Shown: positions 1-11,870 of the stretch, piece after piece
Position numbering within the stretch: the stretch's first letter is position 1
Layout: each line of letters begins with the position of its first letter
Assembly (NCBI RefSeq): GCF_030028105.1
Contig: NC_092383.1
Location: 11,051,796-11,115,795 of the forward strand
Reading direction: 5' to 3'
Source: Mobula birostris
Taxonomy: Eukaryota
DNA length: 64,000 nucleotides
Notes under the pieces: generated by a model
Told to the model about the DNA's origin: nothing
Seen by the model: the letters and a program-made list of their open reading frames with translations, nothing else
Database searches by the model: none
Program-made: the position numbers and the translations under genes

Positions 1-54
1 ATCACCCCATATTTTCCACATTATGTTCAATTGGCCATGTTCTCATCCGTCTAC

Positions 55-440
55 ACAGAATCAGAATCAGAATCAGGTTTCACATCACCAGTATACGTCA
101 TGAAATTTGTTGTTTTGCGACAGCAGTACATAATATAACTATAAATTACAATAAGAAATATATATATATTAAAATAAATTTATTAAATAAAGTGCTGCAA
201 AGAGAGAGCAAAATGTAGTGAGTGAGTGTTCATGGGTTGGTTCCTTGTTTGTTCAAAATCTGATGGCAGAGGGGAAGAAGCTGTTCCTAAAACATTGAGT
301 GTTTATCTGCAGGCTCCTGTACCTGCTCTTTGATGGTAGCAATGAGAAGAGGGAATGTCCTGGGTGATGGAGATCCTTGATGATGGAAGGCACCTTTTTG
401 AGGCATTGCCTTTTGAAAATGTCTTTGACACTTAACTTAT
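55..440 (-). mobile_element. Rex1/Babar LINE 3' fragment
   Basis: C-terminal peptide SIIKDLHHPGHSLFSLLPS..RYRSL...TQCFRNSFFPSAIRF and a (GATTCT)n tail. Confidence 0.85.
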
Positions 441-747
441 CTACATCATTCATCCTCTGCACAGCCTGCACTGCCACCCAGCTCAGTATCATCAACAACT
501 TGGACATATTACGCTTGTTCTCCTCATACAAATAGATCGTGAACTACCTGTGGACCCAGCACTGATCTCTATGGTACTCTACTAGTCCAAAAGCTCAATC
601 CCAAAGATGAACTGTTTATTCCTGTTCTCCTTTCTCTTTCTCTAAATAACTACTGTACATACTGAGCACTCTATTACCCTTATCCCATTTTCTCTAATCT
701 TATCATTTTTTTTTTGTGTGGTAACTTACTGAAGGTTTTCTGAATGC

Positions 748-1060
748 CGGATGGTAGAGTAGTGGTTAGTGTAATGCTTTACAGGTCGGGGTTTGATTCC
801 CACCGCTGTCGGGGAGGAGTTTGTACATTCTCCCCATGACCGCACGGATTTCCTCTGGGTGCTCCAGTTTCCTCCCATGTTCCAAAGATGTACGGGTTAG
901 AGTTAGTAAGATGTGGCCATACTATGTTGGTACTAGAAGCCTGGCAACACTTGTGGGTTTCCCGTAGCACAGTCTTCACAGATTTGATTTGATGCAAATC
1001 AAAGCATTTCACTGCATGCTTCGAAGTTTTCATGTACATGTGACAACTGCAGCTCATCTT
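748..1060 (+). mobile_element. tRNA-derived V-SINE (HE1-like)
   Basis: A-box and B-box-like head (GTAGTGGTTAG...GGTTTGATTCCC) plus V-domain GGAGTTTGTACATTCTCCCC...GGTGCTCCAGTTTCCTCCCA. Confidence 0.75.
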
Positions 1061-1424
1061 TAAATGCACGGCATCTATTGGCTCCCTATTGTTCATTCTG
1101 TTACATAAAACCTCCAACATCTTGAACAGATTTGCTAAACACAATTTCCCTTTTCATCCATGTTGACTGTGCCAATCCTGTTATTATCTACTAAGTGCTA
1201 TGTACCACTTCCTCAATAATAGATTCGAACATTTACATTATTACTCCTGTCAGGATGATAAGTCTGTAGTTCCCATTTTCTCTCTCTGTAGTTTTTAAAT
1301 GGTGATGTTATGTTTGTTCCCTCCAATGCATGGCAGCCATCCGATAGCCAATGGAACTCTGGAAAATGCCAGCTTATCCCCATAGGTATAGTATATTTTA
1401 TATAATTCTGGAATACAGGTTGTA

Positions 1425-2180
1425 GAGTCACAGAGCACCACAACACAGGAACAGGCCCTTCAACCTATCTAGTCAATGTCAACCCACACCAGACCATAGA
1501 CCTCCATACCCCTCCCATCCATATACTTATCCAAACTTATCTCAGATGTTGCAATCAAACCTGCATCCACCTCATCCACTGGCAGCTCATATCACACCCT
1601 CACCACCCTCTGAGCATAGAAGTTCCCCTCAGGTTCCCTTCAAATATTTCTCTTTTCACCCTTAACCTATGACTTCTAATTCTAGTCTCACCCAACCTCA
1701 GTGGAAAAAGCCTGCTTGCATTTACCCTACCTATACCCTCATAAATTTGTATATCTTTATTGTATCACTTCTCATTCTCCTATGCTCCAGGAAATAAAGT
1801 CCTAACTCAGGGTCCAGGACTCCTTGACTAATGATATTGGCCCATGGCATAAAAAAAATGGTTGGGAACCCCTGTCCTAACCTATTCAACTTTTCCCTAT
1901 AATTCAGGTCCACAAGTCCCAGCAACATCTTTGGAATTTTTTCTGTACTCTTTCAATTTTATTGATATTTTTCCAGTAGGTAGGTGACCAGAACTACACA
2001 TAATACTCAGTATTAAGCCACAACAACATCTTATACAACCTCAACATCACAACCCAACTCCAATACTCAATTCACTGATTTGTGACGGCCAATGGGCCAC
2101 AAGCTCTGTTTTTTTATCTCTATCTATCAGTGATGCCACATTCAAGGAATTATGGGTCTGTATTCCCAGATCCCTTTGCT
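1425..2180 (-). mobile_element. CR1/HER1 LINE 3' fragment (interrupted)
   Basis: Remnants LGLYFLEHRRMR.D.IKIYKFM and QRDLGIQ.HNSL of CR1 ORF2 with a typical 3' UTR. Confidence 0.8.
1808..1874. mobile_element. Tiny hAT-type MITE
   Basis: CAGGG...AACCCCTG ends; 8-bp TSD TCCTAACT/TCCTAACC. Confidence 0.75.
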
Positions 2181-2773
2181 CTCCAGTGAAATGATATTGT
2201 ATTTGTAAGTAGGATGCTGTGCACAACTCTGATTTGATGGAGACAGACATGAGAAGCACAGAGGAACATCTAGAGAAACTTCTGAAATGCCCGGTTCGCT
2301 GCCGCTGCTACTGTGCGATCGAGAATTTCCGGAGGGAAGGCCCAAAAATCCCCAGCTTTGCCTGCTGCTGGTGACTGAGGCTGGGGTCGAAGCATTCAGC
2401 AGAGATGGTGCACGGTGCTCGGTGTCGGAGGGCTGGTCAGAGGCTCGAAGTTTTCGGACGACTCAGAGTCGGACTGTGGTCGGGCATGGCAGGGAGAGTT
2501 TTCTTCCTTCTCCCGTCTGCGTGAGATGTGGGACTTTCGAGAGACTTTGAACTTTTTTACTGTGCCCATGGCCTGTTCTTCATCAAGTTATTGTATTGTT
2601 GCACTGTTGTAACTATATGTTATAATTATGTGGTTTTTGTTAGTTTTTCTGTCTTGGTCTGTCCTGTGTTTCTGTGATATCACACCGGAGGAATATTGTA
2701 TCATTTCTTAATGCATACATTACTAAATGACAATAAAAGAGGACTGTGTGTCCTCATAATCTAATCTAATCTA
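2181..2773 (+). mobile_element. Young non-autonomous retroelement with (AATCT)n tail, copy 1 (5' truncated)
   Basis: Highly similar to 57974-58591 on the opposite strand, CpG-rich, ends AATAAAAGAGGAC...(AATCT)3, inserted in a CR1. Confidence 0.75.
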
Positions 2774-3094
2774 CCACACTTCTCAGTGCCCCAGCATTCA
2801 CTGTGGAATACTTACTATAGTTTATCCTCCCAAAATGCTTGTGTTGAACACTGTGGGCATGGAAAGTGTGTGGTGACACTTGCAGGCTGCCCCAGCACAT
2901 CCTTGGGTGTGATGGTTGTTAATGCAAACAACACATTTCACTGTTTTGATGAATGTGCACGAAATAAATCTGACTCCAAATCTGAATTCGGGTTTACTGA
3001 TCTGCGATGGCTCTATTGTCTTGATTTCAAAATGTTGCCCTCCCTCATAAGTCAGTGGAAATTTGGCATGCCCCTGATGACACTCCAATTTTTA

Positions 3095-3545
3095 CAGATG
3101 CCCCATAAAAAACATATTTTCCAGATGCACCATAGCTTGGTACAGCAACTACTCTACCCAAGACCGAACAAAATTTCAAATAGTTATGAACGCAGCCCAG
3201 CCCAATGAACCAATTAACCTTCCTACCACTGACTCTCTCCGCATTCTGCCTGCTGTCTTGGGAAAACAGCCAAACTAATCAAGGACCCACTCCAATCCTG
3301 GTAATTCTCTCTTCTCCCCACCTCTTCCAATGGACGTAGGACACAAAAATGAGCACACACTCCAGAAGGTTCAAGGACAGCTTCTACCCCTCTTGAATGG
3401 ATTTCTTATACAATAAAGATGAACTCTTGGTCTCCCAATACACCTTGCCATTGCCCTTGCACTTTATTTGTCAACTGGGCTTTCTCTGTAACTACAGTAT
3501 ATTCTACATTCTGTATTTTTCCCCATTTTGTACTACCGAAATGTG
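3095..3545 (+). mobile_element. Rex1/Babar-like 3' fragment (old)
   Basis: Degenerate ATCAAGGACCC...TTCAAGGACAGCTTCTACCC C-terminal coding remnant. Confidence 0.6.
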
Positions 3546-3559
3546 CTTATACACACAGC

Positions 3560-4025
3560 AGCTATTTATTAGGTACACCTGTACATCTGCTCATTAATGC
3601 CAATATCTAACCAGCCAATCATGTGGCAGCAACTCAATACACAGGAGCATGCAGTTATGGTCAAGAGGTTCAGTTGTTGTTCAGAGTGGGGAAAAAATGT
3701 GATCTCAGTGACTTTGACTGTGGAATGATTGTTGGTGCCAGACAGGGTGGTTTGAATATCTCAGAAACTGCTGATCTCCTGGGACTTTCATGCACAACAG
3801 TCTCTAGCGTTTACAGAGATTGTAGCGAAAAACAAAAAGGAATCCAGAGATTGGCAGTTCAGTGGGTTATTAATTATTAGTGAGCAAGGTCAGAGAAGAA
3901 TGGCCAGACTGGTTGAAGCTCACAGTATCCACGGGTTACAACAGTGGTGTGCAGAAGAGCTTCTCTGAACGCACAAAGCTTGAAAGTGGGTAGTCTACAG
4001 CAGCAGAAGACCACAGACATACACT
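3560..4025 (+). mobile_element. Tc1-like DNA transposon, internally deleted
   Basis: Tc1 N-terminus GKKCDLSDFDCGMIVGARQGGLNISETADLLG.SCTTVSSVY; related to 50470-50740 and 57108-57664. Confidence 0.85.
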
Positions 4026-4478
4026 TAGTGCATATGTGGAATGATTTCTCGAGGTGTTATGCAAACAAAATCTTTTTACTCAGTACATGTGACGATAACA
4101 AACCGATTTCCAAGATGTGGTATTAGGATAAACCTTTAAAACCCACCCTATCTTGCCAAGTGGTAGATCACAACAAATGACTCCATCTTCACGACTTAAT
4201 CTGAAGAAAACACCCACAAATCAACAAAACATAGAGTAATTTCCAAAATCCAAATTTACCCTGCCTCTCTAATACTGACACATAAACCGTGTCAATGGAC
4301 ATTTCTTTTTTCAGTGCACCTGAATGGAGGTAGAGCTGTGATAAAGAGTTTGATTCTATTCGTTAATAATAAAAACCTTTGCGGTGACCAAAACCCTGTT
4401 CAACAGATAATCTCTGTTTAAAAGTAATTAAATTGATACAAGAGTGTTCTACTCCTATTGGCTATCATATTCTGTTAT

Positions 4479-4495
4479 GGCGCCACCTCCTGACA
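4479..4495 (-). promoter_or_regulatory. Possible CTCF site upstream of the promoter
   Basis: Minus strand TGTCAGGAGGTGGCGCC resembles the CTCF core CCAGCAGGTGGCGC. Motif match only. Confidence 0.3.
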
Positions 4496-4899
4496 CAAGG
4501 CTCATAGACGAAACTGGCGAGGAGTATACAACCTGAAATTCTTACTCTTCGCAGATACTCACAATACAGAAATGCCCCCCCATATTGAATTAGACATAAT
4601 TTAAAAGTTGTTTAGTTGCATTCAGCTAATCAGTGTAATGTGGTTGACATAATTTCTTCAGGGGCCCTTTCTGACAGTGGGATTCCAATTAATGTCATGT
4701 TCTACAGTGATAAATTCAATCCTGCACTCACTTTGCTTTGCTTTTTAGCAAACTTATATTCATTGGAAGAATTGAATCTAAATATTCCTTGAATGTTACA
4801 CACTGACCGCCCTCCCCTCACCCCCCACTATTACATTTAATTCTGGCTACGCAAATACAACAGTTGAACTGTTCAAGACAGATCGAGGACATATATGGA

Positions 4900-5345
4900 A
4901 AGATGGAGGAATAAGGTGAGCAATACCTTGAGGGCTCGCACCCATCCTGCTCGTGGACTGTTTGTTCCATTCCGATCAGGGAGAAGACTACGTAGCAATC
5001 ATGCCAGGACCAGCAGACTCGTACTGTTACCTTCACCAAAAAGTAAGACTGATTAAAAACTCTACCCACTAACCCAACCCCACCAAACACCCCCACCAAC
5101 ACGACTACTTTATCATTTCTTCTGAGAGTCACCTTAAGCACAGACACTCCTGTTCCCGGCATCACCTGTATGGACATACAATCAATCTACAGTACGAGAT
5201 AAGCTATCTTATGTATTTATATTTATGGTTATTATTAATTATTGTGTTATTTATCTTATGGTGCTTTTTTGTGCTGTATTATTTCGTTCTTCCTTCTATT
5301 TGCGTATTGGAAATTACGTTAAACAACCTTGATACTGATCTTGAG
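4900..5345 (+). mobile_element. Rex1/Babar 3' fragment
   Basis: Degenerate C-terminal coding remnant and 3' UTR shared with 33525-34190. Confidence 0.65.
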
Positions 5346-5979
5346 AGCACAACTTGAAGATGCTGTGTTGGTAATATCTAATACTTATTAACAGCTGTTA
5401 GAATAAACGATCAAACATAATGCAATCAAGTTGTGAATTACAATTTTCAAAAAAAAATCTAAACAACAACTGTTCCTTTTTAAAAATTTCAATCACCGTG
5501 GTTTGCAAAGGATGGTCATTTTTGCGTACGGGGCAAAGTAGGTCTCGTGTTACGCAGTGCAGAATGAACCTATTCCTTATGGATTTGGTGAGCTGGTGTT
5601 GCAAAGAATTGGTTGGGCTGCAAGTTTCTCGGTTGCGCTATGAATTCACTTAAAGACATTACACCAAAGAGTAACCCGTAAAGGTTGAACACGGTCACAG
5701 CCGGATGCAGCTTCCGGCAGCATGTGGCATACTTGAAACAGACTGGGCTACCGTCAACTTTACAATGGGAAGAATTTTCCAAAACAATTTTGAATGAAGC
5801 CATTTATTGGCTATTGACAAAAAAATGTTTAAAAATCAAATCCATTCTATTTAGGTGTTAAAGTGGATGAATAGCTACCTGCATTACATCGAAGTAACAG
5901 TGCATGGTATAAAAGATGGGTACTTGGAGATTGCCGTGTTAGGGTAATCTCAGGCTAATATCCAGCATAATCAGAGGAA

Positions 5980-6720
5980 AATGACAAGGCGTTTTCCAGT
6001 TTTAACTAGACTCGCTGGCCGTCTTTTCTCCCTCACTGTGGCGGACAGCAGGATGTGGCACCCCCCTTCCCTCCTTTATATGCAAATCCAGAACTAAAAT
6101 GAACCCCCCCCCCCCCCCGTCACAGAGTGTGAACTGCGGGCGGCGTGTTACAGGTGAATGCGCGCTCGGCTGCATAATTGTTCCCCCCACTCCGCCCTTC
6201 CTGGTAGATGAAGCGGTTGAGTGGCAGGCAGGGGAGGATTAAGGAGACCGGTGGAAGCGGGCAGCCGCTGACGGCCTCCCGGTTCCTGGCCAGGAGATGC
6301 CGGCAGTATCCAAGGTCCGCAGCTCGCAGAATTAGCATGCCTCTTTCCTGCCCCGTAGACGCGGGGAGGGGGTGAGGAGAGGAGGCTGTCCTGTGCGCTG
6401 GAGAGGAGGAGGGTCCCGAATGAGGTGACAATGGAAGGACACCAGAGATGAGCAGGATATTGGAGCGGGGTGATTGAGAAGGATCCGGACTCTCTCTCTC
6501 TCTCTCTCTATTTCTGTGTCTGTCTAAGGGGGAAAGCGCCTGAGACAAACATAGGAGGATGCAGAGTGGACAACTGCGGAGTAGTGGCGCCAGCAATGTC
6601 CAAAAAGGCGAGAAGAAATCTTGCTTTTCCAACATCAAAATCTTCCTGATCTCGGAGTGCGCGCTAATGCTGGCACAGGGGACAGTCGGGGCTTATCTGG
6701 TAAGGCGAATTAAGTACCTG
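5980..6720 (+). promoter_or_regulatory. CpG-rich promoter / 5' UTR of SLCO3A1
   Basis: Locally high GC and CpG in a CpG-depleted window, with no recognisable TE. TATA-like TTTATA abuts the octamer ATGCAAAT (6080-6087). C15 run at 6104-6118, GC boxes at ~6137 and 6192, (CT)n at 6490-6509. Confidence 0.75.
6559..6699 (+). CDS. SLCO3A1: SLCO3A1 (OATP3A1) coding exon 1
   Basis: Manual translation gives MQSGQLRSSGASNVQKGEKKSCFSNIKIFLISECALMLAQGTVGAYL, matching the OATP3A1 N-terminal/TM1 motif SCFSNIKIFL.SECALMLAQGTVGAYL. In-frame TGA at 6541-6543 upstream, A at -3, donor CTG|gtaagg at 6700 (phase 0). Confidence 0.95.
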
Positions 6721-7614
6721 GGAGACTAAATATCTCAAGACAATTCGTCTTAACATCAAGCCTCATTGTTGTTATCTTGTATTTTTTAAAAAGTTGATAT
6801 GGGACTTTGAGATCTTACGCACGAAACTGTACCGAAATGAGACGGAAGATTATCTCTCAGCGACGGTTCACAGAAAATATGGTTTTGTAAAATGTGTTCA
6901 GCACTTGCGAATTTGCAATGATCAGACTGAGTGTTTTTTTAGAAGTGAAATCAGGTAATAATGTTTTCGCACTTGAGATGTTGAAAAAGATTGGCGTGTA
7001 TAAGAATTTCATATGTTAATATGGATAGCTAAATCCTGTTATTAGCTGGTGTTATAATTCAGAGTCTGATAAGCTTCTGATCGAGTTATATGTAAGCAAC
7101 TTGTTTAAATGACAGCTTTAATATAGCAATCACTCCTCAATATCAAATTCATTGCAATTTTATTTTGCAAGCTTATTTAGCCTTATTTCGTCCCCAGTAT
7201 CCTACTGCAGTGAAAGGGAAGGGTAAACTGATTTCATTCACCCAGTTCGGGTAATGCGATTCTGTTATTTTGGCTCTGTATATGATGCAATTCTTGCGTG
7301 TGGAGGGGCACGACACATGTACAGTTACATGCAAACACGAGGAAACAATCATTTTGGAACAAAGAATTGGGATAATCGTTAGCCAAAGCATGATAGATTG
7401 CTGTTTCTATGGAAACATACAGTGGTTGCTGGGGACTCTTACATAACTGTTATCAATCAGTTACAAAGTATGGTCCCAGGGATTGTGTCTCATCGTTTAG
7501 AACCATTTTGCTTTCTGTTTGCATTTTTTGCAGCTCATAATTGCTTCTTTGGAGAAGAACTGAATAATGTGTTCATGTTATGGAGATAGACTAACTTTAA
7601 ATTCAGGATGGTAA

Positions 7615-8200
7615 TGTGCCTGTTTATCTGCAACACTCTCTCTCTGTTGATCTTTCGCTCTCTCTTTCTGTTGGTCTCTGGCGCTCTCTTTCTCTCTGTT
7701 GGTCTCTTACTCTTTCTTTCTCTGTCTCTCGGTTGGCCTTGCTGTCTCTGTTGGGCTATCTTTTTCTCTCTCTCTGTTCGACCTTCTCTGTTGGACCCTT
7801 TCTCTCTGTGGTCTCTTTTGTTCTCTCTCTCTCTCTCTCTCTCGTACTCTCTAGTGGTCTCACTCTTTTTCTCTGTTGCTCTCTCTGTAGGTCTATCTTT
7901 CTCTCTGTTGGTCCCTTTCTCTCTCTGTCAGTCTCTCACTCTCTGTTGACTCTCTGTTGGTCTCTCAATCTCTGTATCTCTATCTCTGTTGGTCTTTCTT
8001 TCTCAGTCTTCACCTCTGTTGGTTTATTTCTCTCTCTCTCTTTCTGTTGGTCTCTCTCTCTCCCTCTATCTCTTGTTAACTATCAGTGCCTTTCTGTTTT
8101 ACTCTTCTGCTCCTTTCCCCCTCTTTGTATCTGTCCAAGTCCATTCTTTTTCTGCTATTCCTTCTCTTGCCGACCCTCTCCCTCTTCCCTAACTCTGTGA
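7615..8200 (+). repeat. Pyrimidine-rich (CT)n-based low-complexity repeat
   Basis: About 600 bp of (CT)n punctuated by recurring CTGTTGGTCT; the overlapping ORFs are compositional artefacts. Confidence 0.9.
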
Positions 8201-9435
8201 AAGACGCACAGTCACTGAGTCATACATCAGCATGGCAACAGGCCTTTTGGCCCAACTCGTCCGCGTTGACAAAGATGCGCATCTAAGCTCACGCTATCTG
8301 CCCGCATTTGGCCCATAGACCTTTCCATCCATGGACCTACCCTAGAGTCTTTTAAATGTTACTGTGCCAGCCTCAACTACCTTCTCTGGCAGCTCATTTC
8401 ATATTAAAGATATGGGGGGGGGGCGGGATTGTCAGTGGTAAGGTTTTTACACAGAGAGTAGAATTCCCTGCCAGGGTAGTGGTAGAGGCAGATACATTAG
8501 GGGCATGTAAGAAGCTCAGAGATAGGCGCATAGACAATAGACAAGTGGAGTGGGAAGTGTTAGATTGAGCTTAGAGTAGGTTAAAAGGTCGGCACAACAT
8601 CGTGGGCCAAAGGGCCTGTTCTGTGCTGCAGTGATCTACATTGACAGCCCCCTGCAAGAAGAAGATGCCCCACAGCTGCCTTTTAAATCTTTCCTCTCAC
8701 CTTAAATCTATCTCACACTAGGCATGAGGAACCTGTGCCGTTTAAAATTTATCTGCAGGGTCTGCACAGCAGTTTAATTTTCATCCACCTTCCTGGAGAC
8801 GCTGCATTTAACGGAATTACGGCTCTGTGCCAGGCTCCTGGAGAACCTGAATGCTTCAAAGGTCTGCATGAAATTGCCCGTAAGAAGTAAGTCATTGACA
8901 GCAATAGCAAATGGCCCTTGAGCTACATTTCCATATCGCTCAGTTGCTTAATATTGACTGACTCGTCCGTTATCCAGGGTGATAACTTCGTAAATCTGAG
9001 CAACTATCTTCACCTTCTATTTCTGCAGCTGCTTTCAAATAATGCATGAGGATTTTTTAGATCACCTGTGCTATTTTTGTTCATTGAGGCTCGGTCAGTA
9101 GTGCTCAGTCACACCCGAGACAGCAGCTTCTGGGCGCAAGTTCTCTTTGACACTTAAGCTGAAAGAGCCATCGAGTCACATACCACAGGAAACGGGCCCT
9201 GTGACCCGACCTGTCTATGTGGATCGTCTGTCTGTAATAATCCTATTTGCCGCCATTTGGTTTATAGCTAAGTATGCCTTGGCGATTTAAATGTTCATTT
9301 CGATACTTCTTACATGTTGTGACATTTTCTGCCTCAGCTATCTGAAACATTCCAGATTTCTTCCACTCTCTAGGTGAAAAGCATTCTTCTTCAGATTCAC
9401 TCTAAACCTCCGGCTTTTACAAGCTCCTGCTCGGG

Positions 9436-9516
9436 CAGGGGTTTCCAACATGGGGTCCACGGACCCTTTGCTTCATGGTATTGGTTCATGGCATTTAAAA
9501 AGGTTGGGAACCCCTG
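9436..9516. mobile_element. 81-bp hAT-type MITE
   Basis: TIRs CAGGGGTTTCCAAC / GTTGGGAACCCCTG; degenerate 8-bp TSD TGCTCGGG/TGCTAGGC. Confidence 0.75.
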
Positions 9517-9532
9517 TGCTAGGCAAAAAGGG

Positions 9533-9800
9533 TGCCACGGTAGAGTAGCAGTTTGGTGACGCTATTACACGTTGGAGTTCAGAGGTCAATTCCAGCGCCG
9601 TCTGTAAGGAGTTTGTACATTCTCCCTGTGAATCACCTGAGTTTCCTCTGAGTGCTTTGATTCCCTTCTACAGTACAAAGATGTACTGGTTGATAGGTTG
9701 ATTGATCATTGGAAATTGTCCTGCGATTAGGCTCGGGCTAAATAGGTGGGTTGCTGTATGGTGTGGCTCTGTTGCAGGCTGTATCCCTAAATAAACAAAC
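9533..9800 (+). mobile_element. V-SINE
   Basis: tRNA-like head and V-domain GTCTGTAAGGAGTTTGTACATTCTCCCTGTG; ends in TAAA repeats. Confidence 0.7.
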
Positions 9801-9949
9801 AGGTCGCTAGATAAAACTTTCTTACTATCTACCTTGTCCATACTCCTCATAATTCCTCAATCAGCATCCCCTTACCCTCAAACTCCTTTAAGCCATGGAG
9901 TGCAGCGCAGAAAAATGCCCTTCAGCCTATCTAGGTCATGCAGCTTAGT

Positions 9950-10295
9950 TTTTCACCTGGGCTCGGCATGGTCACCTGGAGTCTGCATGGTCACCTGGAC
10001 TACTGCATTGTCACCTGGTCTACCGCAATGTCACCTGGACTACTGCCGGGCCACCTGGACTACTGGGGGTTATACCTAGGCTATTGCATTGTCACCTGGT
10101 CCACTTGAATTATAGAGTCATCTGGACTACTGTAGGATCCTCTTGGACCACTGAAGTCTCCATCTGGACTACCTCAGTCTCCACTTGGACGACTGCAGGG
10201 TCAGCTGGACTACGGCTTGGTCAGCCGGGGCTACTGCAGTCTTCATCTGGACCACTGAAATCCCCACCTTGTCTCTACCTGGACCACCGTAGGGT
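9950..10295 (+). repeat. Degenerate ~20-21-bp minisatellite
   Basis: About 17 units of consensus TCACCTGGACTACTGCANNG. Confidence 0.85.
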
Positions 10296-11329
10296 CCACA
10301 ATTACTGCTAGAAGTCCAACTGAGTTGGCTGCAACTATGTTCTACTTGAGGCAGTGAACCTCAACAACGTGCTGACTTTGAAATGGGGCAGAACACAGAT
10401 CCATGGATCGACACCAGGCCTCAAAGGATCAAACCCTGAGGGAAGATAACACCAAAATTTTTTTATTGCTGAGTTTAGAAGGTTATTCAAGATTCAGGGA
10501 TTTGACGGGCGGATACAGAGAAGCTCTTCCTTCTGCCTGTAGAAACAGAGAGGTTTACAGAAGAAACCTGTAATTGGACTTCCCTGCTATTGGTCCAAAG
10601 ACTCAAAGTCTGTGGCTCCTCATTGTTCATCCAGATTCTGTTTAAACTGGTTATTGGCTAAATAGAAGGGAGGCGTTAGATTGATCGTGGAGTAGATTTA
10701 TGTAGGCTAGCGCATCATGGGCTGAAGGGCCTGTACTGTGCTATACTGTTCCATGTTCTATAAACGTGGTGAAGGTTTCTGCCTTGACAACTCCTCTTTG
10801 CCGTGAGTACCAAAACACCAGCAGGAATAAGTGGCACAATTTAGTTTTCTCATTTCCTCTCCAACTTTTTCACAAATAATCTTAAATCATTGACCCTGTT
10901 AGCAGCCTTCTCTCCAAAGTGAAATATGCCCTTTCTGTGTATCCTCTTTAGACCTTATAGAAATTACTTCACCCTGGACTCCCTTATTGCAACCCCAGCC
11001 GGACACTTTCTCCTCCTAACTCTAACTCTAGCCCGAGCAACACCCTGCTCCTTCCCGGTGCTGTTGTGCCCTTCCTCCTGCAGACTGGCATTGGAACCAG
11101 AGCTAGAGTATCAGGATCATTGAGGAGTGAATTCTGGAAGGCATGTGGTGCACAGGGTGGTACAAATCTGGAAGTCGCTCTCCCAACGGTTTGTGGTGCC
11201 AGTAGAAGATTTCAAGGTGAACTCTAAATTTACTTGGGTAAAGGTGTCAAAGGGAAGATGAAATACACTAAGGTTCAGAGCACCTGTGTTCTCTTTGAAA
11301 CGCAGAAGGATGGAGGGCACATATTAAAC

Positions 11330-11870
11330 ACCTGGGACATCAAACAATCCAGCACAGCAACAGGAACTTCAGCCACCATGTCTGCACCAAAATACAATGT
11401 CAAATTAAACTAAACCTCTTCTGCCTGCACGTCATCCATATACCCCCATTTCCCCCATATTTGTGTGTCCCTCTAACAGCCTCTTAAATGCCACTGTTGT
11501 ATCTGCTTCCACCATTACCTCTGATAGCTTGTTCCAGGCACCAACCACTATCTGTATAAGATAACTTGTTCCTCACGTCTCCTTTATATTTCCCCTTTAT
11601 ATTTAAATATACATTTCTTCCCTGGGAAGAGATTCTGATTGCCTACTGTATCTATGTCCCTCACAATCTCATATTCTTCTGTCAGCTCTCCCCTCAATCC
11701 AGAGAAAAGAACCTAAGTTTGTCCAACCTCTCTCTATAGCTTATACCCTGTGATCCAGGCAGCATCCTGGTAAAGCCCTTCTGCACCTTTTCCAAAGCCT
11801 CAACATCCTTCCTATAGTGGGATGACCACACTCCAAGTGCAGCCTCACCTAAGTTTTGTACAGCTGCAAG
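11330..11870 (-). mobile_element. CR1 3' fragment
   Basis: Typical CR1 3' UTR and ORF2 end (CCAGGCAGCATCCTGGTAAA, CACTCCAAGTG). Confidence 0.7.

Noticed and set aside
748-830. tRNA genes at V-SINE heads (also ~9533, ~30797, ~59645)
   Set aside because: Only degenerate A/B boxes followed by SINE body; no cloverleaf.
6120-6638. 172-aa antisense ORF over exon 1
   Set aside because: By-product of GC-rich, stop-poor promoter sequence; no recognisable domain.
7608-8286. Leu/Ser-rich membrane-like ORFs
   Set aside because: Translations of the (CT)n tract.
9950-10295. CRISPR-like array
   Set aside because: Contiguous degenerate ~20-bp units with no unique spacers, no cas genes and a vertebrate context.
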